The notes under the pieces were generated by a model that was not told the DNA's origin, did not search any database, and worked only from the letters and a program-made list of their open reading frames with translations. Below, piece after piece: positions 27,371 to 38,396 of a DNA stretch of 64,000 nucleotides; position 1 is the stretch's first letter, and each line of letters begins with the position of its first letter. Source of the DNA: Thermoanaerobaculia bacterium (GTDB lineage: Bacteria; Acidobacteriota; Thermoanaerobaculia; UBA5066). The stretch spans positions 32,001 through 96,000 of the forward strand of contig JBBRRY010000007.1 in NCBI GenBank assembly GCA_038245905.1, in the 5' to 3' direction. The position numbers were made by a program, and so were the translations under genes.

Positions 27371-28935
27371 TCAGCGGGCCGCCTCGTCCATCGCCGCGCG
27401 CACGCGGCGCGCGAGAGTATCCGGAGAGAAGGGCTTCAGGAGGAGTGGCGCTCCTTCCGGCAGGAGGGCGCCCGAGTCGGACGCCGCGTAGCCCGACATA
27501 TAGAGCACGGGGAATTCGAGGCCGCGGGCGGCGATCTGGAGGGCCATCTCGGGTCCGCTCATTCCGGGCATCACGACGTCCGTCACGACGAGGCAGATCG
27601 ACTCCGCGTTCGCCTCAGCGAGCGCGAGCGCGTCCGGGCCCGACGCCGCCGCGAGCACCGTGTATCCGCGTCCCCGGAGGACGTCCGATGCGAGCTTGCG
27701 GACGAGGTCTTCGTCCTCGACGAGAAGGATCGTCTCGGTTCCGCGCGAGAGCCCGCGGCGGTGCGCGCCGGACGCCTTGCGGGTTTCCCGGAAACCGTCC
27801 TCGTTCCTCGGGAGGAAGACGCGGAAGGTCGTGCCCTCCCCCGGGTCGCTCGCGACCTCCGTGAATCCGCCGGCCTGGTGAACGATCGCGTAGACCGTCG
27901 AGAGCCCGAGGCCGGTCCCTTTGCCTTTCGGCTTCGTCGTGAAGAACGGCTCGAACATCTTCCCGAGCGTCTCCTCGCTCATCCCGACGCCGTCGTCCGC
28001 CACCGTGAGGACGACCCGCGAGCCGCCGCGGTCCGCACCGGTCCGGGTCACGTTGGCGGCCTCGATCCGGAGCGTCCCGCCCTTCGGCATCGCGTCGCGG
28101 GCGTTCACGGCGAGGTTGAGGAGCACCTGCTCGATCTGGGAGCGGTCTCCGCGGACGCGCCCGAGGTCGGCCGGGACGGCGCAGGTGAAGACGATGTCCT
28201 CGCCGATGACGCGCCGGAGCATCTGCTCCATCGCGTGGATCACGGCCGCGACGTCCACGACTTCGATCTGCTCGACCTGGGGAAGGGGCTTGCCGACTGC
28301 CGAGAGGGTCCGCCAGGTGCCGTCCGCGTGCCGCATCCGGAATTCGACCTGCTCGAAGCGGGTTCCGTGCGCCATGACGCCGGCGATGCGCTCCCGGACG
28401 CGGGGGGCATCCTCGCGGTGGACGAGCTCGGAGACGTTTTAGCCCTTCGCGTCGTCGGGACGGACTCCGAGCAGCCGTTCGACGGACGGGCTCACGAAGA
28501 GGACCGTGCCGTCGGGCGCGAGAACCGCCGTCAGGTCGAGCGCGTGCTCGATCAACGAGCGGTAGTACAGCTCGCTCTTCGCGACCTCGGCCTCGGCGCG
28601 CCTGGACTCGGAGGTGTCGTGGACGAACCCCTCCAGCTCGAACGATCCCGGGGCGGCTCCCGGGACGAGGCGCATGTCGAATCGCACCCAGAGAGGCGCG
28701 CCATCCTTGCGGCGCAGCCGGACCTCGAAGCCATGGAGCTCGCCGCGGCGCCGATACTCCTCGAGGGCGCGCTCGCGGTCCGCGGGCTCGTAGTAGACCT
28801 CGGTCGGGATGTCGAGGGGCAGGATCTCCGCGACGCTCGCATACCCCAGCATCCGCGCGAAGGCGAGGTTCGCATACCGGAACTTTCCCTCGCGCGTCGT
28901 CCGGTAGATTCCGATCGGGGCGCGTACGATGCGGC
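27371..28935 (-). pseudogene. Decayed PAS-PAS-(HisKA lost)-HATPase-REC hybrid kinase
   Basis: In-frame TAA at 28439-28441 inside PAS2 (DAKG*NVSELVH). PAS joins directly to QVEQIEVVD with no H-box. No plausible start before RAPIGIY. Confidence 0.8.
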
Positions 28936-28936
28936 C

Positions 28937-29608
28937 GTGTCGCTCCCCGACGCGCCCGCGCTCGTGGCAGGCTTCCGCACCCTCTTCGGGGAAGACCCGC
29001 GCGCCGCGTTTCGCGACTGGGTCGTCCTGCAGGAGCACCTGCGGGACGCCGGCGGCGGGGAAGAGGACGCACGGAAAGCACGCGCGCTCGCGAATGATCT
29101 GCTCGAAATTCGAGGCGCACTGGCGTTTTCTTCGAAAGGGGAAGAGGCGACTTTCCTGCACAACGTCGCCGTCTTCTTCGGGTCGCGCGGCCCGGCGGAG
29201 AGCCTCCCTTTCTCTCTCTACCTATTTGAAGAATCTCTCGACGCCGGTTACGGAAGCGAAGACCCTGAGGCGATGGCGCGTCTTCAACACAACCGCGGCA
29301 ACGCGCTCCAGAACCTCGCGCGGTCGACCGGCGACCTGCTGGAGGCGCTCGGGTGCTACGAGCGCGCCCTCACGGTGCGCGACGACTCGCGCCGCATCGC
29401 CCGCGGCGTGACCTTGCATGCCCGGGGGTTGCTCTTCCGAAAACTGGCGGAGGCCGAGCCCGGGGTGAGACTCGAGCGCCTCGCAGCGGCCATTTCCTCC
29501 TTCGAAGAATCTCTCTCCCTTCGTTCCGATGAAAAGCTGGAACGCGGCATGGCCGAGACGGCTGCCGCTCTCGCCGAGGCGCGACAGGCGCTTTCTTCGG
29601 GCTGCTAG
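28937..29608 (+). CDS. TPR-like helical protein
   Basis: ARLQHNRGNALQNL, EALGCYERALTVR. GTG preceded by TACGAT at 6 nt. Confidence 0.7.
   Translation: MSLPDAPALVAGFRTLFGEDPRAAFRDWVVLQEHLRDAGGGEEDARKARALANDLLEIRGALAFSSKGEEATFLHNVAVFFGSRGPAESLPFSLYLFEESLDAGYGSEDPEAMARLQHNRGNALQNLARSTGDLLEALGCYERALTVRDDSRRIARGVTLHARGLLFRKLAEAEPGVRLERLAAAISSFEESLSLRSDEKLERGMAETAAALAEARQALSSGC
29124..29520. repeat. Dispersed motif cluster 4
   Basis: + GTTTTCTTCGAAAGGGGAAGAGG (core 29128-29136). - cores at 29225-29233 (97 bp away) and 29501-29509 (GAGAGATTCTTCGAAGGAGG). Confidence 0.75.
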
Positions 29609-29618
29609 GATTCCTCGA

Positions 29619-31073
29619 ATGGCGCGGCGCATCCTCGTCTGTGACGACGAACCGGACATCCGTGAGTCGCTTCGAACGCTTCTCTCCGAGGAAGGGTACG
29701 AGGTCACGGCGGTCTCCTCCGGGGTGAACGCTGTTTCCGAGGCGCCGGACCACGACGCCGTGCTCCTCGACATCAAGATGCCCGGTCAGGACGGGCTGGA
29801 GACGCTCGCGAAGATGCGCGGGCGGGGAATTGCCACGCCTGTCATCGTCATCTCGGGCCATGGCGACGTGAAGACAGCCATGGAGGCCGTTCACGCGGGC
29901 GCCGACGACTTTCTCGAGAAACCGCTGTCGTCCGAGCACGTCCTGAATGCGCTCCGGCGCGTCCTGGATTCGACGCGCCTCGTGCGCGAGAACCTCGAGC
30001 TGAAATCGCGCCTCGGCATCACGCGCATCGTGGGGAACAGCGACGCGATCCGCCGGCTTCTCTCCGACGTCGCGAAGGCGGCGCCGACGCCCGCGACGGT
30101 CCTCATCGTGGGGCCGAGCGGCACGGGGAAGGAGCTCGTTGCCCGCGCGATTCACGAAGGCTCCCTCGTGAAGGCCGGTCCGTTCGTGCAGGTGAATTGT
30201 GCGGCGATTCCGGACACCCTCATTGAATCGGAGCTTTTCGGACACGAGCGCGGCTCGTTCACCGGAGCAGACCGCAAGCAGACCGGGAAATTCGTCGAGG
30301 CGGACGGCGGCACGATTTTTCTGGACGAGGTGGGCGACATGTCGGCCTCCGCGCAGGCGAAGGTTCTGCGCGTCCTGCAGGAGGGCGAGGTCGAGCCGGT
30401 CGGAAGCCCGCGCGTCGTGAAGGTGAAGGTTCGCGTCGTCGCCGCGACGAACCGCGACCTCACGGGTCTCATCGCGCAGGGGAAGTTCCGGGAGGATCTC
30501 TACTACCGTCTCAACGTCCTCGTCCTCCGGACGCCCTCGCTCACCGAAAGGCCCGAGGACGTGCCCGTGCTCGTCGCGCACTTCGCCGAGCACTTCGCCC
30601 GCACGAACAACTATCGTCCGAAACGCTTCACCGATGCCGCGCTCGAGACGCTCGCGGCTCGCGCGTGGCCGGGAAACGTGCGCGAGCTGAAGAACTACGT
30701 CGAGCGGCTCATGATCATGTCCGACGGGGACGTGCTCGACACTCCGGACGTCGAGCCCGGAGCGGCCCCGCGCGAGGGCGACGTGCCGCTCGCCGTCGTC
30801 GTGCGCGGGGGCCGGGTGGTCGACCCGGCGGCGGCTTCGGGCGCGGCGGGCGTGTGGGAGCGACTTCTCTCGATCGGGACGCTGCAGGAATTCCAGGACG
30901 AAACGGAGAGGCTCTTTCTCGTGGCGAAGCTCACCGAAAACGCCGGGAACGTGACGCGCACGGCCGAGGCCATCGACACGCCGCGTTCGAACCTCTACAA
31001 GAAGATCGACCGCTATGGACTGCGCCGGGACCGCGAGAACCCGGAAGGACGGGAGCCCCGTGACGCCGGATGA
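29619..31073 (+). CDS. Sigma-54-dependent response regulator (NtrC/NtrX family)
   Basis: REC, GPSGTGKE, ESELFGHERGSFTGA, FLDEVGD, WPGNVRELKN, Fis HTH. Confidence 0.95.
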   Translation: MARRILVCDDEPDIRESLRTLLSEEGYEVTAVSSGVNAVSEAPDHDAVLLDIKMPGQDGLETLAKMRGRGIATPVIVISGHGDVKTAMEAVHAGADDFLEKPLSSEHVLNALRRVLDSTRLVRENLELKSRLGITRIVGNSDAIRRLLSDVAKAAPTPATVLIVGPSGTGKELVARAIHEGSLVKAGPFVQVNCAAIPDTLIESELFGHERGSFTGADRKQTGKFVEADGGTIFLDEVGDMSASAQAKVLRVLQEGEVEPVGSPRVVKVKVRVVAATNRDLTGLIAQGKFREDLYYRLNVLVLRTPSLTERPEDVPVLVAHFAEHFARTNNYRPKRFTDAALETLAARAWPGNVRELKNYVERLMIMSDGDVLDTPDVEPGAAPREGDVPLAVVVRGGRVVDPAAASGAAGVWERLLSIGTLQEFQDETERLFLVAKLTENAGNVTRTAEAIDTPRSNLYKKIDRYGLRRDRENPEGREPRDAG

Positions 31074-31653
31074 CGTCCGCCGCCACTTCACGGAGGCGGG
31101 GGCGCTCCTGTCCGGCCACTTCCGGCTTTCGTCGGGCCTCCACTCCGAGGCGTATCTCCAGTGCGCGAAGGTGCTCCAGTGGCCCGGGCGCGCCGAGGCG
31201 CTCGGCGGGGCGCTCGCGGCTCTGCTCGCCCCGTTTCAGGCCTCGGTCGTCGTCTCGCCCGCGATGGGCGGAATCATCATCGGCCACGAAGTGGGGCGCG
31301 GTCTCTCCGTGCGGGCGATCTTCACGGAGCGCGTCGACACCGCGTTCACGCTTCGGCGAGGCTTCGCGCTCGAGCCGGGAGAACGCGTTGCGGTGGTCGA
31401 AGACGTGGTGACGACCGGAAGGTCCACACGCGAGGTTCTCGGCATCCTGCATGCAGCGGGCGCCGTGCCCGTCGTGTGCGCGTCGATCGTCGACCGGCGG
31501 GCGGCTGGAGCACTCCCGGAGGTGGACGGCGTGCCCTATCGCGCGCTCCTGGCTCTGGACGTGCCGGCGTTCGAGGCGACGGCGTGCCCGCGGTGCGCGG
31601 CCGGCGATCCGATCGTCGCGCCGGGCTCGCGCCACCTGGCGGCGAAGATTTGA
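31060..31653 (+). CDS. pyrE: Orotate phosphoribosyltransferase
   Basis: GHFRLSSGLHS..YLQCA, VVEDVVTTGRS, PGSR. Confidence 0.93.
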   Translation: MTPDDVRRHFTEAGALLSGHFRLSSGLHSEAYLQCAKVLQWPGRAEALGGALAALLAPFQASVVVSPAMGGIIIGHEVGRGLSVRAIFTERVDTAFTLRRGFALEPGERVAVVEDVVTTGRSTREVLGILHAAGAVPVVCASIVDRRAAGALPEVDGVPYRALLALDVPAFEATACPRCAAGDPIVAPGSRHLAAKI

Positions 31654-32531
31654 CCGACGCCGACCTCGTCCGGGCGTTGAAGGAGCGCGCCGGCGCGAAC
31701 GACTCCCTCGTCTACGCGCACCGCGTGTATGCCGAAACGGCCGCACTCGCGCGTCGACATGGTCTCGTTGCGCCGCGTGCCGCCCTGGAGATCGGGCCTG
31801 GCGTGAACCTCGGGTCGCTCTTCTGCTTCGCGGCGTCGGGTGTCCCTGCGCTCTGTGCAGCCGACGTCGTGCCGCTGCCCGAGGCGCCACCCCTCTTCTA
31901 CGAGACGCTCCACGACTACCTTCTCGCGACCGAAGGCTTCTCCTGGTGGAGGGCCTGGGCGGACCCCGCCTCGACGGTCGCGTCGTTCCCGTCGCTCGAG
32001 GCGTTCCCTTCCGCCGCGGCGCTCCTCGGGCGGATCGACCACCGGAGCGGTGTCTCGTCCGAGGCGCTTCCCTTCGAAGACGAGGCTTTCGATCTCGTCT
32101 ACTCGGTTGCCGCCCTCGAGCACGTGCCCGATCCCGCTGGGACCGCGGCCGAGATGCGGCGCGTCCTGGCGCCAGGCGGCCTCGCGATCCACGAGATCGA
32201 CCTCAAGCACCACGGCGCGGCCGACCCGCTGAAGTTTCTCGAGTGGGACGACGCCGAGTGGAAACGGCGCGCGACGCTCTACGGCGGCGACCTTTCTCTC
32301 TCGCAGATCCTCGCCGGTTCGTTCGGCGGCGAGGTCTTCTGTAACCGGCTCCGCCGGGACGACTGGCTCGCTGTCTTCCAGGCGGCGGGCTTCTTCGTCG
32401 AGGTGGCCGAGCCAGTCGTCCTGCTGGAAGTGGAGGGCGTCCGGCCGGGCCGCTTCGCGGAGCCTTTCTGCGGACGGCCCGTCGACGAGCTGCGCGTCCT
32501 CTCGCTGCGCGTCGTCGCCCGCCGCGTATGA
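31650..32531 (+). CDS. Class I SAM-dependent methyltransferase
   Basis: LEIGPG, LPFEDEAFDLVYSVAALEHV, RVLAPGG, HEIDL..H, NRLR. Confidence 0.85.
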   Translation: MTDADLVRALKERAGANDSLVYAHRVYAETAALARRHGLVAPRAALEIGPGVNLGSLFCFAASGVPALCAADVVPLPEAPPLFYETLHDYLLATEGFSWWRAWADPASTVASFPSLEAFPSAAALLGRIDHRSGVSSEALPFEDEAFDLVYSVAALEHVPDPAGTAAEMRRVLAPGGLAIHEIDLKHHGAADPLKFLEWDDAEWKRRATLYGGDLSLSQILAGSFGGEVFCNRLRRDDWLAVFQAAGFFVEVAEPVVLLEVEGVRPGRFAEPFCGRPVDELRVLSLRVVARRV

Positions 32532-32552
32532 GCGCCTCATAATCGGGTTTCC

Positions 32553-33704
32553 GTGAAGCTCCTGCGAACGCTTGCCGCAAACGTCCTCGTATCCGCCGCG
32601 CTCGCCGCGGGGTTCTTCCTCCTTCTCGAGGGAGGCTGCCGCGCTGCCCGCCGCGTGACGTCCGGCGTGTGGCCGGCGACGCGCGCCGAGGAGCGCGCGG
32701 CGTTCTCGCGCCACGTGCGGGGAGCCCTCGCGCGGCATCCGTACCTCGTGATCGCGGGCTTGCCGGGAGGAGGCCTCGACCTCCCCGGGATTTCGGTGCG
32801 GATGAACGCGCATGGGTATCGGGGGTCCGACGTGCCGACACCGAAGCCGGCAGGCCGGTACCGTGTCGTCTGCACCGGGGGATCGACGACACTCGACGTG
32901 CGCGCTCGAGACGACGCTCACACCTGGCCGGCGCGGCTCGGGGCACGCCTCGCGGCGGAGGACGTGGATGTCGTGAATGCCGGAATCTCCGGCTGGACGA
33001 CGGTCGAGAGCCTGATCTCGCTCGCGATTCGCGACATCGACCTCGCACCGGACCTCGTAGTCGTGTACGCGGGCGTCAACGACGCGCAGCCGGCTGGTTT
33101 CTCGCCGTTCGCGCGGGACTACTCGCGCGGGCACGCCGAGATCCTCGCACGGACCGTCGGAGTCGAACCGCCTCCCTTCTCGATCTCCTCTCGTTCGTTC
33201 CTGATCCAGACGCTCGGCGACGCGCTTCGCGGCGGGCCTCGCCGCGAGGTGGTCCACGAGGCCGCGTGGAAGGGAACCGGGGCCCGCGCCTCCGACGTGC
33301 CGGACGAAGCGGTCGCGGTATTCGAGAGAAATCTGCGCACAACGATCGCGATCGCGCGTTCCGGGGGTGCGCGAACGCTGCTGGTCGCGCAGTCGGTGCG
33401 GCTTCGGCGCGGCTTCGAGGCAGCCGACCGGGAGTACTACGAGTCGTGGACGCCGGGCCTTACGTTCGCGGGCGCGGAGCGTGCGCTGGCGCGTTACAAC
33501 ACGGTGAGTCGCGGCCTCGCGGACGGGGACGGCGTGTTCTTCCTCGATCCGTTCGCTTCGGGAGCGTTCGTCGACGCGGATTTCGCCGACCCGGTCCACT
33601 TCTCGGAAGCCGGAGGGGACCGGTTCGCCGGCGTGCTCGCGGCGTTCCTCGCGAAACCGGGCGGGCTTCTGGCCGGGGCACGTAAGGTACGAACCGGCCG
33701 CTGA
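32553..33704 (+). CDS. Membrane-anchored SGNH/GDSL hydrolase
   Basis: TM, GGSTT, VNAGISG, YAGVND, DPVHFS. Confidence 0.85.
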   Translation: MKLLRTLAANVLVSAALAAGFFLLLEGGCRAARRVTSGVWPATRAEERAAFSRHVRGALARHPYLVIAGLPGGGLDLPGISVRMNAHGYRGSDVPTPKPAGRYRVVCTGGSTTLDVRARDDAHTWPARLGARLAAEDVDVVNAGISGWTTVESLISLAIRDIDLAPDLVVVYAGVNDAQPAGFSPFARDYSRGHAEILARTVGVEPPPFSISSRSFLIQTLGDALRGGPRREVVHEAAWKGTGARASDVPDEAVAVFERNLRTTIAIARSGGARTLLVAQSVRLRRGFEAADREYYESWTPGLTFAGAERALARYNTVSRGLADGDGVFFLDPFASGAFVDADFADPVHFSEAGGDRFAGVLAAFLAKPGGLLAGARKVRTGR

Positions 33705-33746
33705 GGGCGACGCTCCCGGTAGAATCCGCGCCGGGAGTACCCGCCC

Positions 33747-35672
33747 ATGAGCCCCTCGCCCCGTCCCACGCTCCTCCTCGACAAGGTGAACTGGCCGCGC
33801 GACCTGCGCACGCTGACGCCGGAGCAGCTGCCGCTCCTGGCGGACGAGCTCCGCACGTTCGTCATCGACACAGTCGCCAAGACGGGTGGGCACTTCGCGT
33901 CGGGCCTCGGAGCGGTGGAATTGACGATCGCGCTCCACTACGTGTTCGACACGCCCAAAGACCTTCTCGTCTGGGACGTGGGCCACCAGACGTATCCGCA
34001 CAAGGTCCTCACCGGCCGGCGCGACCGGCTCAAGACGATTCGTCAGGCGGGAGGGCTTTCGGGTTTCACGAACCGTGCGGAATCAGAGTACGACGTGTTT
34101 GGCGCCGCGCACGCCTCGACGGCGATCTCCGCGGCCCTCGGAATGGCAATCGCCCGGGATCTCCGGGGAGAGAAGAACGAAGTCGTCGCGATCGTGGGCG
34201 ACGGCGGTCTCACGGGCGGCGTGGCGATGGAGGGTCTGAACCAGGCCGGTTACCTCAAGAGCAAGCTTCTCGTGATCCTGAACGACAACGACATGTCGAT
34301 CTCGCCGAACGTCGGCGCCATGTCGGGTTACCTCCTCCGGATCGCGCGCGGGCAGATTTACCAGCGCGTGCGCGAGGACGTCGCGCACATCCTCAAGAAG
34401 CTCCCGGCGGGCCAGAAGCTCGCGGGCCTGGCCGAGGCGCTGGAAGACGGCATCAAGAAGGTGCTCGTCCCCGGCACGCTCTTCGAGGAGCTGGGCTTTC
34501 GCTACATCGGCCCGATCGACGGACACAACCTGCCCGTTCTCCTCCGGACGCTCCGGGAGACGAGGCAGATGGAGGGGCCCGTCCTCCTCCACGTCCGCAC
34601 GACGAAGGGAAAAGGCTACCAGTGGGCCGAGGAGGATCCCGTCTACTGGCACGGCCCCGCTCCCTTCCAGGTGGACACGGGCGAGATCGCGAAGAAGTCG
34701 GCGCCCCCGAGCTATACGGCCGTCTTCGCGGACGCGCTCTCGGAGATCGCCGCCAAGGACCCGCGCGTCGTCGCCGTCACGGCCGCGATGTCGGAGGGGA
34801 CGGGGGTCGACCGTTTCGCGAAGAAATTCCCGGAGCGGGCCTTCGACGTGGGAATCTGCGAGCAGCACGGCGTCCTGTTCGCCGCGGGCCTCGCGACGCA
34901 GGGCTTCCGGCCCGTCTGCGCGATCTACTCGACGTTCCTCCAACGGGCGTACGACCAGATCATGCACGACGTCTGCCTCATGGATCTGCCGGTCGTCTTC
35001 GCGCTGGACCGCGCGGGCGTCGTGGGCGCGGACGGCCCGACCCACCACGGCGTCTTCGACCTGACGTATCTTCGCGTCTTCCCGAACATGCAGGTCTGCG
35101 CGCCGAAGGACGAGAACGAGCTCCGGCACCTCGTCGCGACGGCTCTCGCATCCGACCATCCGACGGCTATCCGATATCCGCGCGGCGCGGGGTACGGCGT
35201 GGCGATGGACCCGGAGCTCAAGCTGCTGCCCGTGGGGAAGGGCGAAGTGCTGCGCGTCGGAAAAGACGGCGTCGTGTTCGCCATCGGCGATCCCGTCCTG
35301 CCCGCGCTGAAGGCCGCCGAACGCCTCGCGAAGGAAGGCGGTCCGTCGCTCACCGTCGTGAACGCGCGTTGGGTCAAGCCTTTCGACAAGGAGCTGCTCG
35401 CGCAATTCGTGAAGTCGGGGACGAAGGTCCTGACGGCCGAGGAGAACCAGCTGGCGGGCGGCTTCGGCTCGGCGGTCGTCGAGGCGCTCGAGGAGCTCGG
35501 CGTCGTCGCCGACGTGAAGAGGATCGGCATTCCAGACAGGTTCATCGCGCACGCGACACAGACCGAGCAGCGCCACGACCTCGGCCTCGACGAGGACGGC
35601 CTCGTCGCGTCCTTCCGGGAGCATCTCGCCTCGAAGGGAGCCCTCGTCCCTCTCGCGGCGCGGTCCGCCTAG
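33747..35672 (+). CDS. dxs: 1-deoxy-D-xylulose-5-phosphate synthase
   Basis: WDVGHQTYPHK, GDGGLTGG..EGLN, GPIDGH, STFLQRAYDQ, DGPTHHG. Confidence 0.98.
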   Translation: MSPSPRPTLLLDKVNWPRDLRTLTPEQLPLLADELRTFVIDTVAKTGGHFASGLGAVELTIALHYVFDTPKDLLVWDVGHQTYPHKVLTGRRDRLKTIRQAGGLSGFTNRAESEYDVFGAAHASTAISAALGMAIARDLRGEKNEVVAIVGDGGLTGGVAMEGLNQAGYLKSKLLVILNDNDMSISPNVGAMSGYLLRIARGQIYQRVREDVAHILKKLPAGQKLAGLAEALEDGIKKVLVPGTLFEELGFRYIGPIDGHNLPVLLRTLRETRQMEGPVLLHVRTTKGKGYQWAEEDPVYWHGPAPFQVDTGEIAKKSAPPSYTAVFADALSEIAAKDPRVVAVTAAMSEGTGVDRFAKKFPERAFDVGICEQHGVLFAAGLATQGFRPVCAIYSTFLQRAYDQIMHDVCLMDLPVVFALDRAGVVGADGPTHHGVFDLTYLRVFPNMQVCAPKDENELRHLVATALASDHPTAIRYPRGAGYGVAMDPELKLLPVGKGEVLRVGKDGVVFAIGDPVLPALKAAERLAKEGGPSLTVVNARWVKPFDKELLAQFVKSGTKVLTAEENQLAGGFGSAVVEALEELGVVADVKRIGIPDRFIAHATQTEQRHDLGLDEDGLVASFREHLASKGALVPLAARSA

Positions 35673-35950
35673 CCTTCGACCTGACCTCCGGTCTAGCTAC
35701 TTCGTGAGCGGTGGGCCGAAGCTAGCTGCGGGGGTTGAGCTGATCGGAGGCGGCGTTTTGGCTCGACCGCATACCTCCCTCGGGGTAGTACCGGTGCATC
35801 TCGAAAGGAATCGTCGGAGAGAGTCACTACCTTGTGAAGGGATGCACAAGCTGTCCGGAGAGCCCGAGTAACGCTGAAAACGATGCCTTTGAGCGTAGTT
35901 TGCCTTCCGCCATCAGCTTGTGCCGTCCTAAACAATTTTGGAGGTATTCT

Positions 35951-38396
35951 ATGAGAGGATCTGCTAGTTGCTGGGTTGATCATTCTTCTTGGGCTCACGC
36001 AGGCGGCAGCCGGTGAGCAAATACTTCACATCCGTAAGCCTCTAGCAACGACCTATACGAAGGTGACCGCAAGCCAGCTTAAGGCGCTTACCGCGCACGG
36101 CATCCGGGTGCTGGAGGATTATGGTCCCTTCCTGATCGCGTCCGCGCCCGACAATGTCGGCTTGACGGCCGTCAATTCCGAGACAGGCTTGAGTGCGGCC
36201 GTCGACCCGGACGCCTTCGTCCTCGACCTCGGCGGCGTCATCCTTGATACTCGTGATCCCGGCAAGATCCTGCAGTCTCTGCCCAGCGATCTGGCATTTA
36301 CCGATTACAGCGGTCCGACGGGCCTATACGCCGTTCAGTTTCACAGCCCTGCTCGGCCCGAGTGGCTGAACGCGCTCAAGGCCGCAGGTGTACGGGTCAT
36401 CCAATACGTCTATCGGAACAGCTACATCGTCGCCGCGCCAGCCGGCATCGAGAAGCTGCGCGGCGCGCTTGGCCCAGAAGTTCGCTTCGCGGGTGTGGTT
36501 CAGCCATTTTTCAAACTCGCGCCGGCGCTTCGAGACGCGACCGTGCTTGCGGGCACTGCTCGGCAGGCAGTATCTGTCTTGTTAGACTCCGCTCAGGATC
36601 TAAAAAGCACGATTGCCGCGCTGCAGTCCATCGACTCCGAGTTGAAGACCTACCCTAAAGCGATGGACGAGATGATCGTCACCTTGGCTGCCGCCCCGGC
36701 CGACTGGAAAGAGATCGCTTCCTTTTCCACGACGCGCTGGATCGAACCGATTTATGAAGCCCATGTTTCGGACGAAAGAGCGAGCCAGGTGAGCGCCGGG
36801 CACTATTCGGCGTGGGATGCGACGGGGCCCGGTCAATACAAGTCGTGGCTCACGAACCTTGGCCTCTCGTTTTCGAACGAGATTGTCGACATCGTGGATA
36901 CGGGTCTTCAGAATTCCTTGGAAGACCAGAGTGGTTGCCTAACGGGAGCTTCGATTCCGGGTGGACATCAAGATCTCAATAACTCTAGCTTCATGAGCCG
37001 CCTCGCATATGCCTGCGCCTATAACGGGCTCACGACGACGAACGACGGCTTCTATCATGGCACCTTCATCGCCGGGCTGATCGCAGGAGATCCGACGCAG
37101 ACCGGCGGAACTGGGAGCGCAGATTCGAGCGGGTATTACTGGGGCATGGGCGTCGCGCCGGGCGTGAGGATCGGTGTCTCCCGGGTAATGACGAACAATG
37201 GAACGCTCCCCCCTCTTTCATCGATGCCCGGGATCCTCGACTCGATTGGGCAACGGACCGTCGACTATCACGCCTACTTTCAGAACAATAGCTGGAATTT
37301 CTCGGATACGACGTACTCGCTTACGTCCAGGGAGATGGATCGCCTGGTGCGTGACGCGACCGGGAATTTTTCAAGCTATCTCAACGCCCTTACGATCGCG
37401 GCCGCCGCAGGCAATCGAAACCCCAACGATGACCGTAAGGTCTGGGCGCCGGGCACCGCAAAGAACGTCATCACAGTGGGCGCGACGGGCCTGCCCAGAA
37501 GCGGCCTGCCGGGGGCCTGCAACACATCAGTCGTGATCTCTGACATCCCGTCCATCAGCAGGATGGGGCTCGCATACGATCTCAACCGGTTCAAGCCAGA
37601 CATCATGGCGCCGGGTCGAAGCATCACGTCGGCGCGCACATTTGATGCCACCGCTCCCAACCAGGGCGCTAGCGACTGCGCGACCTACACCGGGTTGACA
37701 CCCTATCAGGCGGCCCTCCCGTCGCAGGGCGGGCCCTATGGAGCCGGTCACGGCACCAGCTTCTCGACGGCTCTCGTTACGGGTGCCGCGGTCCTCGCTA
37801 AAGCGAAGATCGGTGGAACGCCATCGCCGGCGATGATCAAGGCGACTTTGATCGGGGCGGCGTCATCCATGCAGGGCGGATACGACTACGTCTTGGATTC
37901 AACAGTGGGGTGGGAACCGTCCTCAGTGCAAGGGTGGGGTCGGTTGGACCTGGCGAAACTCCTGGAGGACAGCACGCCAAAGGTCTACAAGGACTCGGTG
38001 TCTCTTCGATTCACCCAAGCAGGGGCCTACCAGAACTTCTCCTTCACAGTTGCAGATCCAACAAAACCCATAATCGCAGTGCTTGTTTTCACCGACGCTG
38101 CTGCGAACGCGGGACAAAGCTTCACGTCCGTCAACGAGGTCGACATGTATCTTCTTCAGGCCGGCGCCGTGTATTGCGACGGTCAATACGGCACGCCCTA
38201 TTCGTACCGAAGTTCCTCATGCTGGCTCCCTGACTTCTATAACAACGTCAAGCGCGCGTTCATTGCCCCGAACAGCTTCTCAGGCGCATTCACAATCCAA
38301 ATGGTCGCGAGCTCGGTCAACCAGGTGGCAGTACCGGGGTTGGACAGCGGTAATCCCAACCAGGATTGGGCGCTGTTCATTTACAATGCTTACTGA
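35951..38396 (+). CDS. Secreted S8 (subtilase) serine protease, apparent 1-nt frameshift just after the start codon
   Basis: Catalytic DTG, HGT, AAGN, GTSFS. The GGAGG SD and ATG 35951 are out of frame with the long ORF 35976-38396, whose frame encodes the signal peptide LLVAGLIILLGLTQAAAG. Confidence 0.85.

Noticed and set aside
28439-28441. In-frame stop in the kinase as selenocysteine recoding
   Set aside because: The codon is TAA, not TGA, and the gene has other lesions. I found no convincing in-frame TGA selenoprotein in the window.
24460-28935. Genomic island integrated at selC
   Set aside because: No integrase and no convincing duplicate of the tRNA 3' end (only an 8-bp GCTTCCGC at 28971).
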